Positions 26,230 through 35,421 of a stretch of DNA of 52,967 bases are shown one piece after another. The notes beneath the pieces were generated by a model, which was not told the origin of the DNA, made no database searches, and saw nothing but the letters and a program-made list of their open reading frames with translations. Made by a program: the position numbers and the translations under genes. Every line of letters begins with the position of its first letter. Within the stretch, counting starts at the first letter, position 1. Source of the DNA: Chthoniobacterales bacterium (GTDB lineage Bacteria > Verrucomicrobiota > Verrucomicrobiia > Chthoniobacterales > JACTMZ01); assembly GCA_040880825.1 (NCBI GenBank), contig JBBEEK010000187.1:1-52967 (forward strand). Direction: 5' to 3'.

Positions 26230-26709
26230 TCAGGAAGCGGCGGGTTGCTCTTCCTTGTCGACGACGGAGAAGGTGACATTGGCGATGCCGGCTTGGCCGA
26301 CGGCTTCGAGCAGGCTTTTCATGACGCTGTAGCGCACTTCTTTGTCGGCGCGGATGAGGACGCGTACCATGGGATTTTGCTGGATGTGGTTCTGCAGGAC
26401 GGGGACGAGTTCGCCGGGCGAGGCGTAATCCTTGTCGTTGACGCTGATGGCCACGGCGTTGTTCACCGCACTGAAGGCGAGGTTGACGATGATCTGGCCG
26501 GGGTTTTCCTTGGCGTCCTTGGCCTCCTTGGCCACGGGCAGGCGGATGTCGCGGTTGGACTGGAGCACCTCGGTCGAGCTGATCGACATGAAAAAGACGA
26601 GCAGCACGAGCAGGATGTCGATCATCGGGGCGATCTGGAATTCCGGATCGGTCTCCGGTTCGGGCTGTCTCCGCTTCTTTTTGGAGCGTCCTCGGGGCGA
26701 GTCGGACAT
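26230..26709 (-). CDS. exbD: ExbD/TolR-family protein (copy 1)
   Basis: FQIAPMIDILLVLLVFFM. 159 aa. Confidence 0.8.
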   Translation of the reverse strand: MSDSPRGRSKKKRRQPEPETDPEFQIAPMIDILLVLLVFFMSISSTEVLQSNRDIRLPVAKEAKDAKENPGQIIVNLAFSAVNNAVAISVNDKDYASPGELVPVLQNHIQQNPMVRVLIRADKEVRYSVMKSLLEAVGQAGIANVTFSVVDKEEQPAAS

Positions 26710-26721
26710 GGCAGGTGGAGC

Positions 26722-27648
26722 CTATTGCTGCCAGTCGAGCGTCGTGCCGCAACCGGGGCACGGGTTGTGTCCGGGCACGATGGCGGTTTGGCAGACGGGG
26801 CAGTTGGTCGTGAGTTGCATGGAGACTTTGTGCGAGATTTTGGCCTCCGGGGTGCCGGGGCTGAGGCCGTCGCCCGCGCTGAAATTCTCGCCGACGTGGA
26901 TGCCTTTCACTTCCTCGAACGGTATGTCTTCGACGAGGTGGTTGAGTTCGCTGTCGGCGTAAACCGTGGCGTCGGTGATGCGGTTGCGGAAGAAGTAGTA
27001 GAAAATGAAGGCGGGGATGGCAATGAAGAGGCCGCTGGCGGTGGCCAGCAGCACTTCGCCGATGCTCATGGCGAGGGCGCGCGGGTCGGAGACGCCGGAT
27101 TGCCCGAGGACGGCGAAGGCGCCCATCATGCCGATGACGGTGCCAAGCAGTCCGATCATGGGAGCGATAACACCGATGACGGAGAGGTAGCTATTGCGGG
27201 TCTTGAAGACCTGCGATTCACGGATGCCGACTTCGATGAGGGCGGTTTCCACGGCATCCTTTCCGCGGCCGAGGCGTTCGAGCGAGCCGCCCAGCACGGC
27301 GGTGAGGTAGACCTTGGGATTCTGGCGGCAGGTTTCCCAAGCTTCCTGGAAATTGCCGGCCCGCAGGGCCTCGTCCAGAGCGGACACGAGGGGCTTGGGG
27401 GCGAGGCTTTCGCGGCGGACCTGCAGGAAGAGCTGGATGATGAAAGTCACCATGACCATCGAGGTCGCGATGATGGCGATCCAGATCATGATGATCAGCG
27501 GACCGCCGTGCAGGATGGTTTCGATGATCGAGGTGCTTTCGCCGTCGGCTGCGCGGGCGGGCGAAGCGGCGAGCAGTGGGGCGAGCAGGAGGGCGGTGAG
27601 GATGGGGTGGCGGTGGTTGGGCATGGATGGTGTGGAGTGGAGGTTCAA
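26722..27648 (-). CDS. exbB: MotA/TolQ/ExbB proton-channel protein with a C-terminal C4 zinc-ribbon extension
   Basis: Conserved channel region VIAPMIGLLGTVIGMMGAF...LLATASGLFIAIPAFIFYYFF. C-terminal CPVC-x10-CPGC. Confidence 0.8.
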   Translation of the reverse strand: MNLHSTPSMPNHRHPILTALLLAPLLAASPARAADGESTSIIETILHGGPLIIMIWIAIIATSMVMVTFIIQLFLQVRRESLAPKPLVSALDEALRAGNFQEAWETCRQNPKVYLTAVLGGSLERLGRGKDAVETALIEVGIRESQVFKTRNSYLSVIGVIAPMIGLLGTVIGMMGAFAVLGQSGVSDPRALAMSIGEVLLATASGLFIAIPAFIFYYFFRNRITDATVYADSELNHLVEDIPFEEVKGIHVGENFSAGDGLSPGTPEAKISHKVSMQLTTNCPVCQTAIVPGHNPCPGCGTTLDWQQ

Positions 27649-27652
27649 GTGA

Positions 27653-28423
27653 TCAGGGTGCGATCAGTCCGGCGTGTTCGGCGCGGAGTTGATCGGCGCG
27701 TTCGCGCGCGGAGTTGACGGCGTTGCGGTCGAAGGGGAAGACGACGCTGGCTTTGAGGTAATGATCCAAAGCGCCTTGGTCGTCCCCGGCGGCCTCGCGG
27801 ATGCGGCCCATGAGGTAATGTCCCTGCGAGAAGGCGGGGCCTTGGGTGGGCGAGGGGAAGGCGGTTTTGTCCGAGCCGGCCAGCACGGGTTCGAGAAGCC
27901 GACTGGCTTCGTCGAACTGGCCGGCATCGACCGCGAGGCGCGCTGTGCCGAGGTTGGCCAGGGCGGTGGCTTGCGGGTAAGTTTGGCGGAATTGCTCATA
28001 GGCGGTTTGCGCTCCGGCGGTATCGCCGGCGGCGAGTTTGGCGTCGCCGAGCAAAGCCGCGGCCCGCTCGGCCCAGGGAGCGGGCAGGCCGGCGAAGGAC
28101 TCGTTGATTTTGGTCAAAGCGGCGACGGCCCCGGCCGCGTCGCCCGAGGCGAGTTGGGTCGCGGCGGCGTCGAAGGCGGGTGGGGCGGGCATGCGGATCT
28201 CCCGGACATCGGCCAGGGGCAGGCCGGTGGTCCCGGCGGCGGTTTGCAGGCGGACGTTGCCGCCGCTGACCCCGACGATCTTCCCCTCGCGGGTCAGACC
28301 GCTTTTGAGGATGACGGCATCCTGCGCTCGTGCGCTGCCCGCGGGAGCCAGGCCGGCGAGCAGGGCGGCGGCGAGCAGGGCGGGGAGGGGGCTTGCTTTC
28401 ATGAGATGGTTGAAATAATCCAC
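27653..28423 (-). CDS. Secreted TPR-like repeat protein
   Basis: Signal peptide ...LLAAALLAGLAPAGSARA. Ala-rich helical repeats (AGDTAGAQTAYEQF, DAGQFDEASRLLE, GDDQGALDHYLKA). 4 nt upstream of exbB. Confidence 0.55.
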   Translation of the reverse strand: MDYFNHLMKASPLPALLAAALLAGLAPAGSARAQDAVILKSGLTREGKIVGVSGGNVRLQTAAGTTGLPLADVREIRMPAPPAFDAAATQLASGDAAGAVAALTKINESFAGLPAPWAERAAALLGDAKLAAGDTAGAQTAYEQFRQTYPQATALANLGTARLAVDAGQFDEASRLLEPVLAGSDKTAFPSPTQGPAFSQGHYLMGRIREAAGDDQGALDHYLKASVVFPFDRNAVNSARERADQLRAEHAGLIAP

Positions 28424-28452
28424 CCACTGACCTTTTTCAACCTCAACGTCCC

Positions 28453-29967
28453 ATGTTTACCACGATTCGCAAGCACCAGCGCTGGCTAATGGTCCTGATC
28501 GCCACCCTGACGATCATCGCCTTCGCCTTTTTGTATAACACCACGGAGATGGACCGGGTCGGGAGCAATATCGTGGCGCGCATCTACGGGCGCGACGTGA
28601 TGACGGTGGACATCGAGCGGGCGGTGCGCGTTTACCAACTGGCCTTGGCCCTCGGGCAGTTCGAGTTGGTGCGTGATCTTTCGGGGCAGGCGCAGACCGA
28701 GGACGAGGCGGCGAATAACTTCATTTGGAATCTCATGGTGTTGCAGCACGAGGCCAAAGTGCTGGGCGTCGAGCCGGCCGACGAGGCGGTGCTGGCGCGG
28801 ATCAAGTCCCTGCCAGCTTTCCAGACCGCAGGGGTTTTCGACCCGCTGAAGTATTCCGACTTCATGCAGCAGCAGCTCGCGCCGCGAGGCTTCACCGAGC
28901 GCCAGTTGGAGGAAGTGATCAAAGACTCGCTGCGCCTTGAGGGGATCAAACCGCTGGTGCAATCGCCGGCCATGCTGCTGCCGGGCGATCTGGAGCCGGC
29001 CTTGGCGCGGTTGGCACCGACCGATGTCGAGGTGTTGCGCTTCGACGCCTCGCTTGTTGCGGAGGATGTCGCGGTGACTGACGAGGAACTGCAGGCCGCT
29101 TTCGAGGAGCAGAAGGAGAACCTGCAGGCGCCGGAGAAGAGGTCGGTGCGCTACGCGTCTTTCGTCCTTTCGCCGGAGGAAAAGGAACTCAAAGACAAGG
29201 CGCGGGTCGATGCGCTGCAAAAGATCGCCACGGCCACGGGTGATTTGGCGCAGGCTCTCGGGGAGGGGGCATCTACCCTTTCCGAGGCGGCCGCCGCCAA
29301 GGGGGCCGAGGTGCGGACCACGCCATTGTTCGGCTCGGGCGGCGCCAGCGACGGGGCTCTGGCCGATCTCGACGGCGAGGTGGTTCCCGCCGCCGCGGCG
29401 GTGGCCTTCCGTCTGCCGGCCGGTGCGGGAAATTTCGAAATCGTGGAGTTGGGCCAAGATGGGTATGCCGTCATCGAGGTCGCCGAGATCCAGCCGGCGC
29501 GTCCGCTGACCTTGGAGGAGGCGCGGGCCGACCTGCGGGCCGGCTTGATCACGCAAAAGCGCGCCGTGGCGGTGCGCGAGGGGGCCGAAGCCACGCTGGC
29601 CAAAGTTCGCGAGTCGTTGGCTGCCGGCCAGTCGTTCGCCGAGGCGGTGGGGGCGACCAAAGCAAAGACCGAAGCGATGAACGGGCTCACCGTCTTCACC
29701 GAGGATCTCACGCCCGAGCAGCGGCAGGTGGCCATGGCGGTGATGGATGCGCCGGTTGGCGCGCTCGGGGATTTCTTGCCGACGCCGGAAGGTGGATTTG
29801 CGGCCTACGTCGCCGCGCGCCGCGACCCCGATGCCGAAACGCTGGCCGCGCGGCGTCCGATGGTTGAACAAAATCTCCTGCAAGGCCGGGAAATGCTGCT
29901 TTTCGCACAATGGCTGGTCACGGCGCGCGAGGGTTCGGGGCTGCAGGTCCTGCGTCCGATGATGTGA
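28453..29967 (+). CDS. PpiD/SurA-N-domain-like periplasmic chaperone (membrane anchored)
   Basis: MFTTIRKHQRWLMVLIATLTIIAFAF, typical of PpiD N-termini, followed by a long helical chaperone-like region. 504 aa. Confidence 0.6.
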   Translation: MFTTIRKHQRWLMVLIATLTIIAFAFLYNTTEMDRVGSNIVARIYGRDVMTVDIERAVRVYQLALALGQFELVRDLSGQAQTEDEAANNFIWNLMVLQHEAKVLGVEPADEAVLARIKSLPAFQTAGVFDPLKYSDFMQQQLAPRGFTERQLEEVIKDSLRLEGIKPLVQSPAMLLPGDLEPALARLAPTDVEVLRFDASLVAEDVAVTDEELQAAFEEQKENLQAPEKRSVRYASFVLSPEEKELKDKARVDALQKIATATGDLAQALGEGASTLSEAAAAKGAEVRTTPLFGSGGASDGALADLDGEVVPAAAAVAFRLPAGAGNFEIVELGQDGYAVIEVAEIQPARPLTLEEARADLRAGLITQKRAVAVREGAEATLAKVRESLAAGQSFAEAVGATKAKTEAMNGLTVFTEDLTPEQRQVAMAVMDAPVGALGDFLPTPEGGFAAYVAARRDPDAETLAARRPMVEQNLLQGREMLLFAQWLVTAREGSGLQVLRPMM

Positions 29968-30024
29968 GGGAGCCGGGCGCTCCGCGATTTTGGCGTTGGG
30001 TCGGGCCGTCGGGACGGCTTTGAT

Positions 30025-31584
30025 ATGTTTATGTCCGCGCAAACTTTTTTCATCACCACGGCGATCGATTACACGAATGCGCCGCCGCATGTCGGCCACG
30101 CCTACGAGAAAGTGCTGGCCGATGTGATCGCGCGTTGGCACCGCGAGCGGGGGCGCGAGGTGTTTTTTCTCACCGGCGTCGACCAGCACGGGCAGAAGGT
30201 GCAGCAGTCGGCCGAGAAAGCCGGGGTGGCGCCGGCCGAGTTTGCGCGGGATATCACGGCGAAGTTCAAAGCGTTGTGGACAAAGCTCGGTATCGCCTAT
30301 GACGGCTGGGCCGAGACGACCGATCCGCGCCACGTGCGGGCCGTGCAGGCCGTGCTGCAGCAGTTGCACGATCAGGGGGATCTCTACAAGGCGCGGCACA
30401 GCGGACACTACAGTGTGCGGCAGGAGCAGTTCCTCACCGACAAGGAGCGCAACGAGAAGGGTGAGTTCGGTCCGGAGTGGGGCGAGGTGGTTTTCATCGA
30501 GGAGGAAAACTGGTATTTCCGCCTCTCGAAATACCGTCCGTGGCTGGCCGAATACATCGCGGCGCACCCGGATTTTGTCACCCCCGGTTTCCGCGGCACC
30601 GAGTTGGCCAATGCCGTGGCCAAGGAGGCCGGGGACCTGTGCATTTCGCGTCCGAAATCGCGGTTGGCGTGGGGCATCGAGCTGCCCTTCGACCACGGCT
30701 ATGTGACCTATGTGTGGTTCGACGCTTTGATGAACTATGTCACATTCGCCGGCTACCGCGCGGAGGATGGGGCGGGGCTGCCCGACTTCGCGCCGCTCTG
30801 GCCTTGCGACGCGCACGTCATCGGCAAAGATATCCTCGTGCCGGCCCACGGCATCTACTGGCCGATCATGCTCAAGGCCGCCGGCTTCGAGGTCATGCCC
30901 AAGCTTCTCGTCCACGGCTGGTGGAATCTCGGCGGGGCCAAGGTCAGCAAGAGCGCGGGCAATGTCGTCGATCCCGACGCTCTGGCCGACCGTTACGGGG
31001 CGGAGGCGCTGCGCTATTACCTGATGCGTGATATCGCCACCGGGCAGGACGCGGATTTCAACGAAGACCGGCTGCGGGCGCGTTACCAAGCCGACTTGGC
31101 CAACGATCTGGGCAATCTGGTCAACCGCACGGTCAGCATGGCGCGGCGCTACCGCGATGGTGTGCTCTCCGGCGGGCCGGCGGAGAAATCCGGGGATGCC
31201 ATCGGGTTGGAGGCGCTGGGCACGGAAGTGGCGCGGCGTTTCGATGCGGCCATGGCGGACTACCAAGTGCACAGCGCCCTCGAAGCGGTGTGGGACCTGG
31301 TAGCGGCGGCCAATGGCTTTGTCGAAAGCGCCGCGCCGTGGAAGTTGGCCAAAGATCCGGCGCAAGCCGCGCGGCTCGACGAGGTGCTCGTCGCGTTGGT
31401 CGAGGCCGCGCGTCTGGCCGCGGCGCTGGTGCATCCGGTCATCCCGCGATCTTCGTCGGAACTCCTGGCGCAACTCGGTTTCCCCGACAATTTATCTGTG
31501 AGTTGGGGCGCAGCGGGATCCGGTCATCAGGTGGGCGAGGCGGTGCCGGTCTTTCCGCGGTTGGAGTCCGAGTCCGATGGCTGA
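30025..31584 (+). CDS. metG: Methionine--tRNA ligase (short form)
   Basis: HIGH-type motif PPHVGHAY and KMSKS-type motif KVSKSAGN, plus an anticodon-binding helical domain. 519 aa. Confidence 0.9.
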   Translation: MFMSAQTFFITTAIDYTNAPPHVGHAYEKVLADVIARWHRERGREVFFLTGVDQHGQKVQQSAEKAGVAPAEFARDITAKFKALWTKLGIAYDGWAETTDPRHVRAVQAVLQQLHDQGDLYKARHSGHYSVRQEQFLTDKERNEKGEFGPEWGEVVFIEEENWYFRLSKYRPWLAEYIAAHPDFVTPGFRGTELANAVAKEAGDLCISRPKSRLAWGIELPFDHGYVTYVWFDALMNYVTFAGYRAEDGAGLPDFAPLWPCDAHVIGKDILVPAHGIYWPIMLKAAGFEVMPKLLVHGWWNLGGAKVSKSAGNVVDPDALADRYGAEALRYYLMRDIATGQDADFNEDRLRARYQADLANDLGNLVNRTVSMARRYRDGVLSGGPAEKSGDAIGLEALGTEVARRFDAAMADYQVHSALEAVWDLVAAANGFVESAAPWKLAKDPAQAARLDEVLVALVEAARLAAALVHPVIPRSSSELLAQLGFPDNLSVSWGAAGSGHQVGEAVPVFPRLESESDG

Positions 31585-32614
31585 GGCGCTGGGCACAACC
31601 TACACCCCTTGGGATGAGCTGCCGCGATGGCGCCGCGTGCGCTACCGGGTGGAGTTCGCCGGCCTTTGGCTGGCGGCGCGGATCATTCCTCTGCTCCCTT
31701 GGCGGGTGGTGCGCGGGTTGGCCGGGGTGCTGGGGCGCATCGCCTTTCGCTTTGACCGCCGCAGCCGGGCTATCGCGCTGGATAACCTGGTCATGGTTTA
31801 CGGCACGGGGAAAAGCCCCGCCGAAATCCGCCGCATTGCCCGCGCTTCGACCGTGCAATTCGCGCGCACGATGCTCGAGTTGTTTTGGGCGAGGAATTTC
31901 ACGGCAGAAAACTACCGTGACCACATGGTCATGGAAGGGTGGGACCAGGCGCGCGCGCTCAACGAGAAACATCGTGGCGGGATCTTTGTCTGTCTGCACT
32001 ACGGCAACTTCGAGTGGCTGAGCATTGCCGGCGCCTTCGAGCGGTTGCCGGGGTGCATTGTCACCCAGCAGTTCCGCAATCCGTTGCTCGGTCCGATCTT
32101 CGACGAGCTGCGCGCCATGAGCGGACACCGCATCGTCTCGCAGGAGCGCTCGATGATGGTCACGCTCAAGCACCTGAAGAAGGGGGGCAACATCGGGATT
32201 CTTTTCGACCTGCAACTCAGCCCGAATCAACCGGCCGTGCCCATGCGTTCGTTCGGCCGGTGGCGCCCGGCGACAAAGATCCATGCCATGCTGCAAAGGC
32301 ATACCGGTCTGCCGATCATTCCGATCGAAAGCGTGCCTCTGCCCGACGGGCGCTACCGGACGATCGCCCACGATCCGATCTACTTCGCGGAGGACGCCAC
32401 CGAGGCCGAGATCGTGCAGAAGTGCTGGGATTTTTTCGAACCGCAGGTGCGGCGGCAGCCGGAGGCCTGGTTGTGGGCTTACCGGCACTGGCGTTTCCGG
32501 CCGCCCGCAGCGGAGGAAACCTACCCCGCGTATGCCGAGGTGAAAGGGCGCTTTACCCGGTTGCTGCAGGACGCGGTTGCCGAAAGCGCGCCGCGGGCGC
32601 AGGATGAGGTATGA
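31577..32614 (+). CDS. LpxL/HtrB-family lipid A (Kdo2-lipid IVA) acyltransferase-like protein
   Basis: N-terminal anchor and HYGNFEW, an HX4(D/E) acyltransferase motif. About 345 aa. The start overlaps the metG end by 8 nt. Confidence 0.6.
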   Translation: MAEALGTTYTPWDELPRWRRVRYRVEFAGLWLAARIIPLLPWRVVRGLAGVLGRIAFRFDRRSRAIALDNLVMVYGTGKSPAEIRRIARASTVQFARTMLELFWARNFTAENYRDHMVMEGWDQARALNEKHRGGIFVCLHYGNFEWLSIAGAFERLPGCIVTQQFRNPLLGPIFDELRAMSGHRIVSQERSMMVTLKHLKKGGNIGILFDLQLSPNQPAVPMRSFGRWRPATKIHAMLQRHTGLPIIPIESVPLPDGRYRTIAHDPIYFAEDATEAEIVQKCWDFFEPQVRRQPEAWLWAYRHWRFRPPAAEETYPAYAEVKGRFTRLLQDAVAESAPRAQDEV

Positions 32615-33177
32615 ATCGATGGACGCTCCCCTTGCTCGCGCTTGCGCTCTCGGGCCCAGGTTGCACTTCCGGCCCGACGGATTTCACCAAGGACTACCAT
32701 GAGGCGCTGGCAGCGCGGCCGGGGGTGACGCTCAATGCGCAGTCGGCCCGCGCGGCGGTCGGCAAGTTCGCCGGGCTCTATGGCGACCTCTCCGTGCCGA
32801 ATGTCACGGCCAATGTGCGCGGGGTTTACGCGCCGGACGCGTGGTTCAACGACACGATCGCCACGGAGGTGGGGATCGACGCCATCGAGAAATACTTACT
32901 CAAGACGGCCGAGGGCACCGAGGTGGTCAGCGCCAAGGTCAACGACATCGCCGTCTCCGGAGCCGACATCTACGTGCGCTGGACTATGGAAATCCGCACG
33001 AAGAACCTCGCGGGCGGCCGGCCGATCATCACCGAAGGTATCTCGCAACTGCGCTTCGACGAAGCAGGTCGCATCGTGTTGCACCAGGATTTCTGGAATC
33101 CGGCCACCGGCATCTACCAGCACCTGCCGCTGCTGGGGCCGGCCATAAGATTCGTCAACGGGCTGCTCGGGGGCTGA
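32611..33177 (+). CDS. Lipoprotein with an NTF2/SnoaL-like fold
   Basis: Signal peptide with Cys (LALALSGPGC). About 170-aa alpha+beta domain. ATGA overlap with the upstream gene. The fold assignment is tentative. Confidence 0.4.
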   Translation: MNRWTLPLLALALSGPGCTSGPTDFTKDYHEALAARPGVTLNAQSARAAVGKFAGLYGDLSVPNVTANVRGVYAPDAWFNDTIATEVGIDAIEKYLLKTAEGTEVVSAKVNDIAVSGADIYVRWTMEIRTKNLAGGRPIITEGISQLRFDEAGRIVLHQDFWNPATGIYQHLPLLGPAIRFVNGLLGG

Positions 33178-33183
33178 TGTTAA

Positions 33184-33201
33184 GGACCGAAATGCCGGTC
33201 C
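33184..33201. terminator. Short hairpin between convergent genes
   Basis: GGACCG-aaatgc-CGGTCC in the 28-nt gap between the 33177(+) and 33206(-) stops. Confidence 0.2.
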
Positions 33202-33205
33202 CGAC

Positions 33206-34219
33206 TTACCCGCCGCCTGCTTTTTCGAGGTGGCCGCCGAACTGGTAGCGCATGGCGGAGCAGACTTTGTCGGAGAAGGCGGGTTCTTGCGAACGGAAGC
33301 GGGCGTAAAGGGCGGCGCTGAGGACATCGGCGGGGACGCCTTCCTCGATGGCGGCCATGATGGTCCAGCGGCCTTCGCCGGAATCGGAGACGCGGCCGGA
33401 GAATTTCTTCAAGTCCGCATCATCGACCATGGACATGGCGATGAGGTCGAGCAGCCAGCATTGCACCACGCTGCCGCGCCGCCAGACTTCGGCGATCTCG
33501 CCGACGGGCAAGTGGTAGTCGAGATCGCGGCCCATGCGCGGGGCGGTTTCGGCGTCATGGCTGACCGGACGCGAATCCACATCGGCGTTTTTGAGGATAT
33601 CGAAGCCCTCGGCTAGGGCGGCCATCATGCCGTATTCCACGCCGTTATGGACCATCTTGACAAAGTGTCCGGCGCCGGCTGGCCCGCAGTGCAGGTAGCC
33701 TTCCTCGCTGGTGCCGCCGGCATGCTCGCGTCCGGGCGTGCGGGCCGCATCCCCGAGGCCGGGGGCGATGGTTTTGAAGATCGGGTCGAGATGCTGGACG
33801 GGGCCATTTTGCCCGCCAATCATCAGGCAGTAGCCACGTTCCAGTCCCCAGACGCCGCCGCTCGTGCCGCAGTCGATGTAGTGGAGGCCTTGCGGCTCGA
33901 GTTCACGGGCGCGGCGCCGGTCGTCGCGGAAATAGGAATTGCCACCGTCGATGATGATGTCGCCCTTTTCGAGGTGGGGGACGAGGGACGAGATGACTTT
34001 GTCGGTCACGCCCGCGGGGACCATGATCCAGGCGGCGCGGGGTTTTTCGAGTTTGGCCGCGAATTCCTCGAGCGAGGAAGCGCCGGTGGCGCCTTCTTTG
34101 ACGAGTTCCGCCACGGCATCCGGGTGGGTGTCATAGACGACGCAGGTGTGTCCGTTTTTCATCAGGCGCCGCACGATGTTGGCGCCCATCCGGCCGAGTC
34201 CGATCATTCCGAGTTGCAT
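33206..34219 (-). CDS. gnd: 6-phosphogluconate dehydrogenase, decarboxylating (short ~300-aa type)
   Basis: NAD(P) motif [15 protein letters not shown], then [13 protein letters not shown] and [16 protein letters not shown]. Confidence 0.85.
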   Translation of the reverse strand: MQLGMIGLGRMGANIVRRLMKNGHTCVVYDTHPDAVAELVKEGATGASSLEEFAAKLEKPRAAWIMVPAGVTDKVISSLVPHLEKGDIIIDGGNSYFRDDRRRARELEPQGLHYIDCGTSGGVWGLERGYCLMIGGQNGPVQHLDPIFKTIAPGLGDAARTPGREHAGGTSEEGYLHCGPAGAGHFVKMVHNGVEYGMMAALAEGFDILKNADVDSRPVSHDAETAPRMGRDLDYHLPVGEIAEVWRRGSVVQCWLLDLIAMSMVDDADLKKFSGRVSDSGEGRWTIMAAIEEGVPADVLSAALYARFRSQEPAFSDKVCSAMRYQFGGHLEKAGGG

Positions 34220-34224
34220 AAGCT

Positions 34225-35154
34225 TTATTTTTTCTTGTCCGCGTAGATGTCCATGATGGTGCGGAGGAGTTTGAGTCCGTCTTTTTTCGGACGCTGAAAC
34301 GAGTTGCGACCGATGATCGACCCGAACCCGCCGCCTTCACGGATGGCGCGGATGCAGTCGAGCAGCTTGGCGTCCGTCTCGCTCGGGCCGCCGGAGAAAA
34401 TGAGGATGCGGCGTCCGTCGAAGGCGCATTGCACGCAGTGGCGCACCCGCTCGGCGAGGGTGGCGATGGGGATTTTTTCCGTCTCGTAGACTTTCTTGGC
34501 CGCGGGTTGCTCGAGAAAGGCGGTGGGGAGTTTGATTTTGACGATGTGCGCGCCGAGCTGGCAGGCGAGGTGGGCGGCGTAGCCGTCGACGTCCATGGCG
34601 GTTTCACCCTCTTTGCTCAGACTGGTGCCGCGGGGATAGGACCAGACGACCACGACCAACCCGGCCTGTTTGGCTTCGTGGGCGAACTCGGCGATTTGTT
34701 CATACATCTCGAGGCGGTGGGCCGAGCCGGGGTAGATGGTGAAGCCGACGGCGGCGCAACCGAGGCGCAGGGCGTCGTCGATCGTGCCGGTGCGGGCCGA
34801 GAGGGGATCTTTTTCGTCGGCAGTGAGGTCTTTGCTGTTGAGCTTGAGGATGAGCGGGATGTCGCCGGCAAATTCCCGGGCGCCGGCCTCGAGGAAGCCG
34901 AGCGGGGCGGCGTAGGCGTTGCAGCCGGCCTCGATGGCCAGCTGGAAGTGGTAGAGCGGATTGTAGCCGGCGGGGTTCACGGCGAAGCTGCGGGCCGGGC
35001 CGTGCTCGAAGCCTTGGTCGACGGGCAGGATGACGAGCTTGCCGGTGCCGCCGAGGGTGCCGTGGTTGAGGAGGCGGGCGAGGTTGGTCAGAGTGCCGGG
35101 GTTGTCGGCACCATACCACGAGAGGATTTCTTTGACGCGGGGAGTCATACGCAC
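34225..35154 (-). CDS. Class I fructose-bisphosphate aldolase (DhnA/FbaB-type TIM barrel)
   Basis: [14 protein letters not shown], an internal VKIKLP (candidate Schiff-base Lys region) and C-terminal [15 protein letters not shown]. 309 aa. Confidence 0.7.
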   Translation of the reverse strand: MRMTPRVKEILSWYGADNPGTLTNLARLLNHGTLGGTGKLVILPVDQGFEHGPARSFAVNPAGYNPLYHFQLAIEAGCNAYAAPLGFLEAGAREFAGDIPLILKLNSKDLTADEKDPLSARTGTIDDALRLGCAAVGFTIYPGSAHRLEMYEQIAEFAHEAKQAGLVVVVWSYPRGTSLSKEGETAMDVDGYAAHLACQLGAHIVKIKLPTAFLEQPAAKKVYETEKIPIATLAERVRHCVQCAFDGRRILIFSGGPSETDAKLLDCIRAIREGGGFGSIIGRNSFQRPKKDGLKLLRTIMDIYADKKK

Positions 35155-35196
35155 TTCATTCCACGGCAGGTGGCGCCGCGGGGGAAGTCCAAAGCG

Positions 35197-35421
35197 TCAA
35201 AATTCGTCATCGGCGAGGCGCGCCTCGTCGATTTGCTCCGCCGCGGCGGCGATGTTCGAGAATGCGTGGTCGATGGCATCGAGCGCGGCGGTCACGGGCG
35301 AGAGGTTCGAGCGCGGGAGATCGGCGAGGGCGAGTTGCGCTCCTTGCAAGGCGTTGCGCGCCTGCTGGAGAGACTTGTCGGCCGCGCGGTAGCGTTTGGC
35401 CCGCGGGTCGAGGGAACTCAT
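35197..35421 (-). CDS. 74-aa helical protein of unknown function, translationally coupled to the Cys-rich micropeptide gene
   Basis: ATG at 35421 (MSSLDPRAKRY...) overlaps the upstream TGA as ATGA. Ala/Gln/Leu-rich with an acidic C-terminus DEARLADDEF. The track version (35197..35496) starts inside the micropeptide ORF in another frame. Confidence 0.4.
   Translation of the reverse strand: MSSLDPRAKRYRAADKSLQQARNALQGAQLALADLPRSNLSPVTAALDAIDHAFSNIAAAAEQIDEARLADDEF

Noticed and set aside
28486-31473. 995-aa minus-strand ORF
   Set aside because: It is antisense to the ppiD-like gene and metG (HIGH and KMSKS motifs present on the plus strand) and even spans their intergenic gap. Arg/His/Pro-rich composition. 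High-GC artefact.
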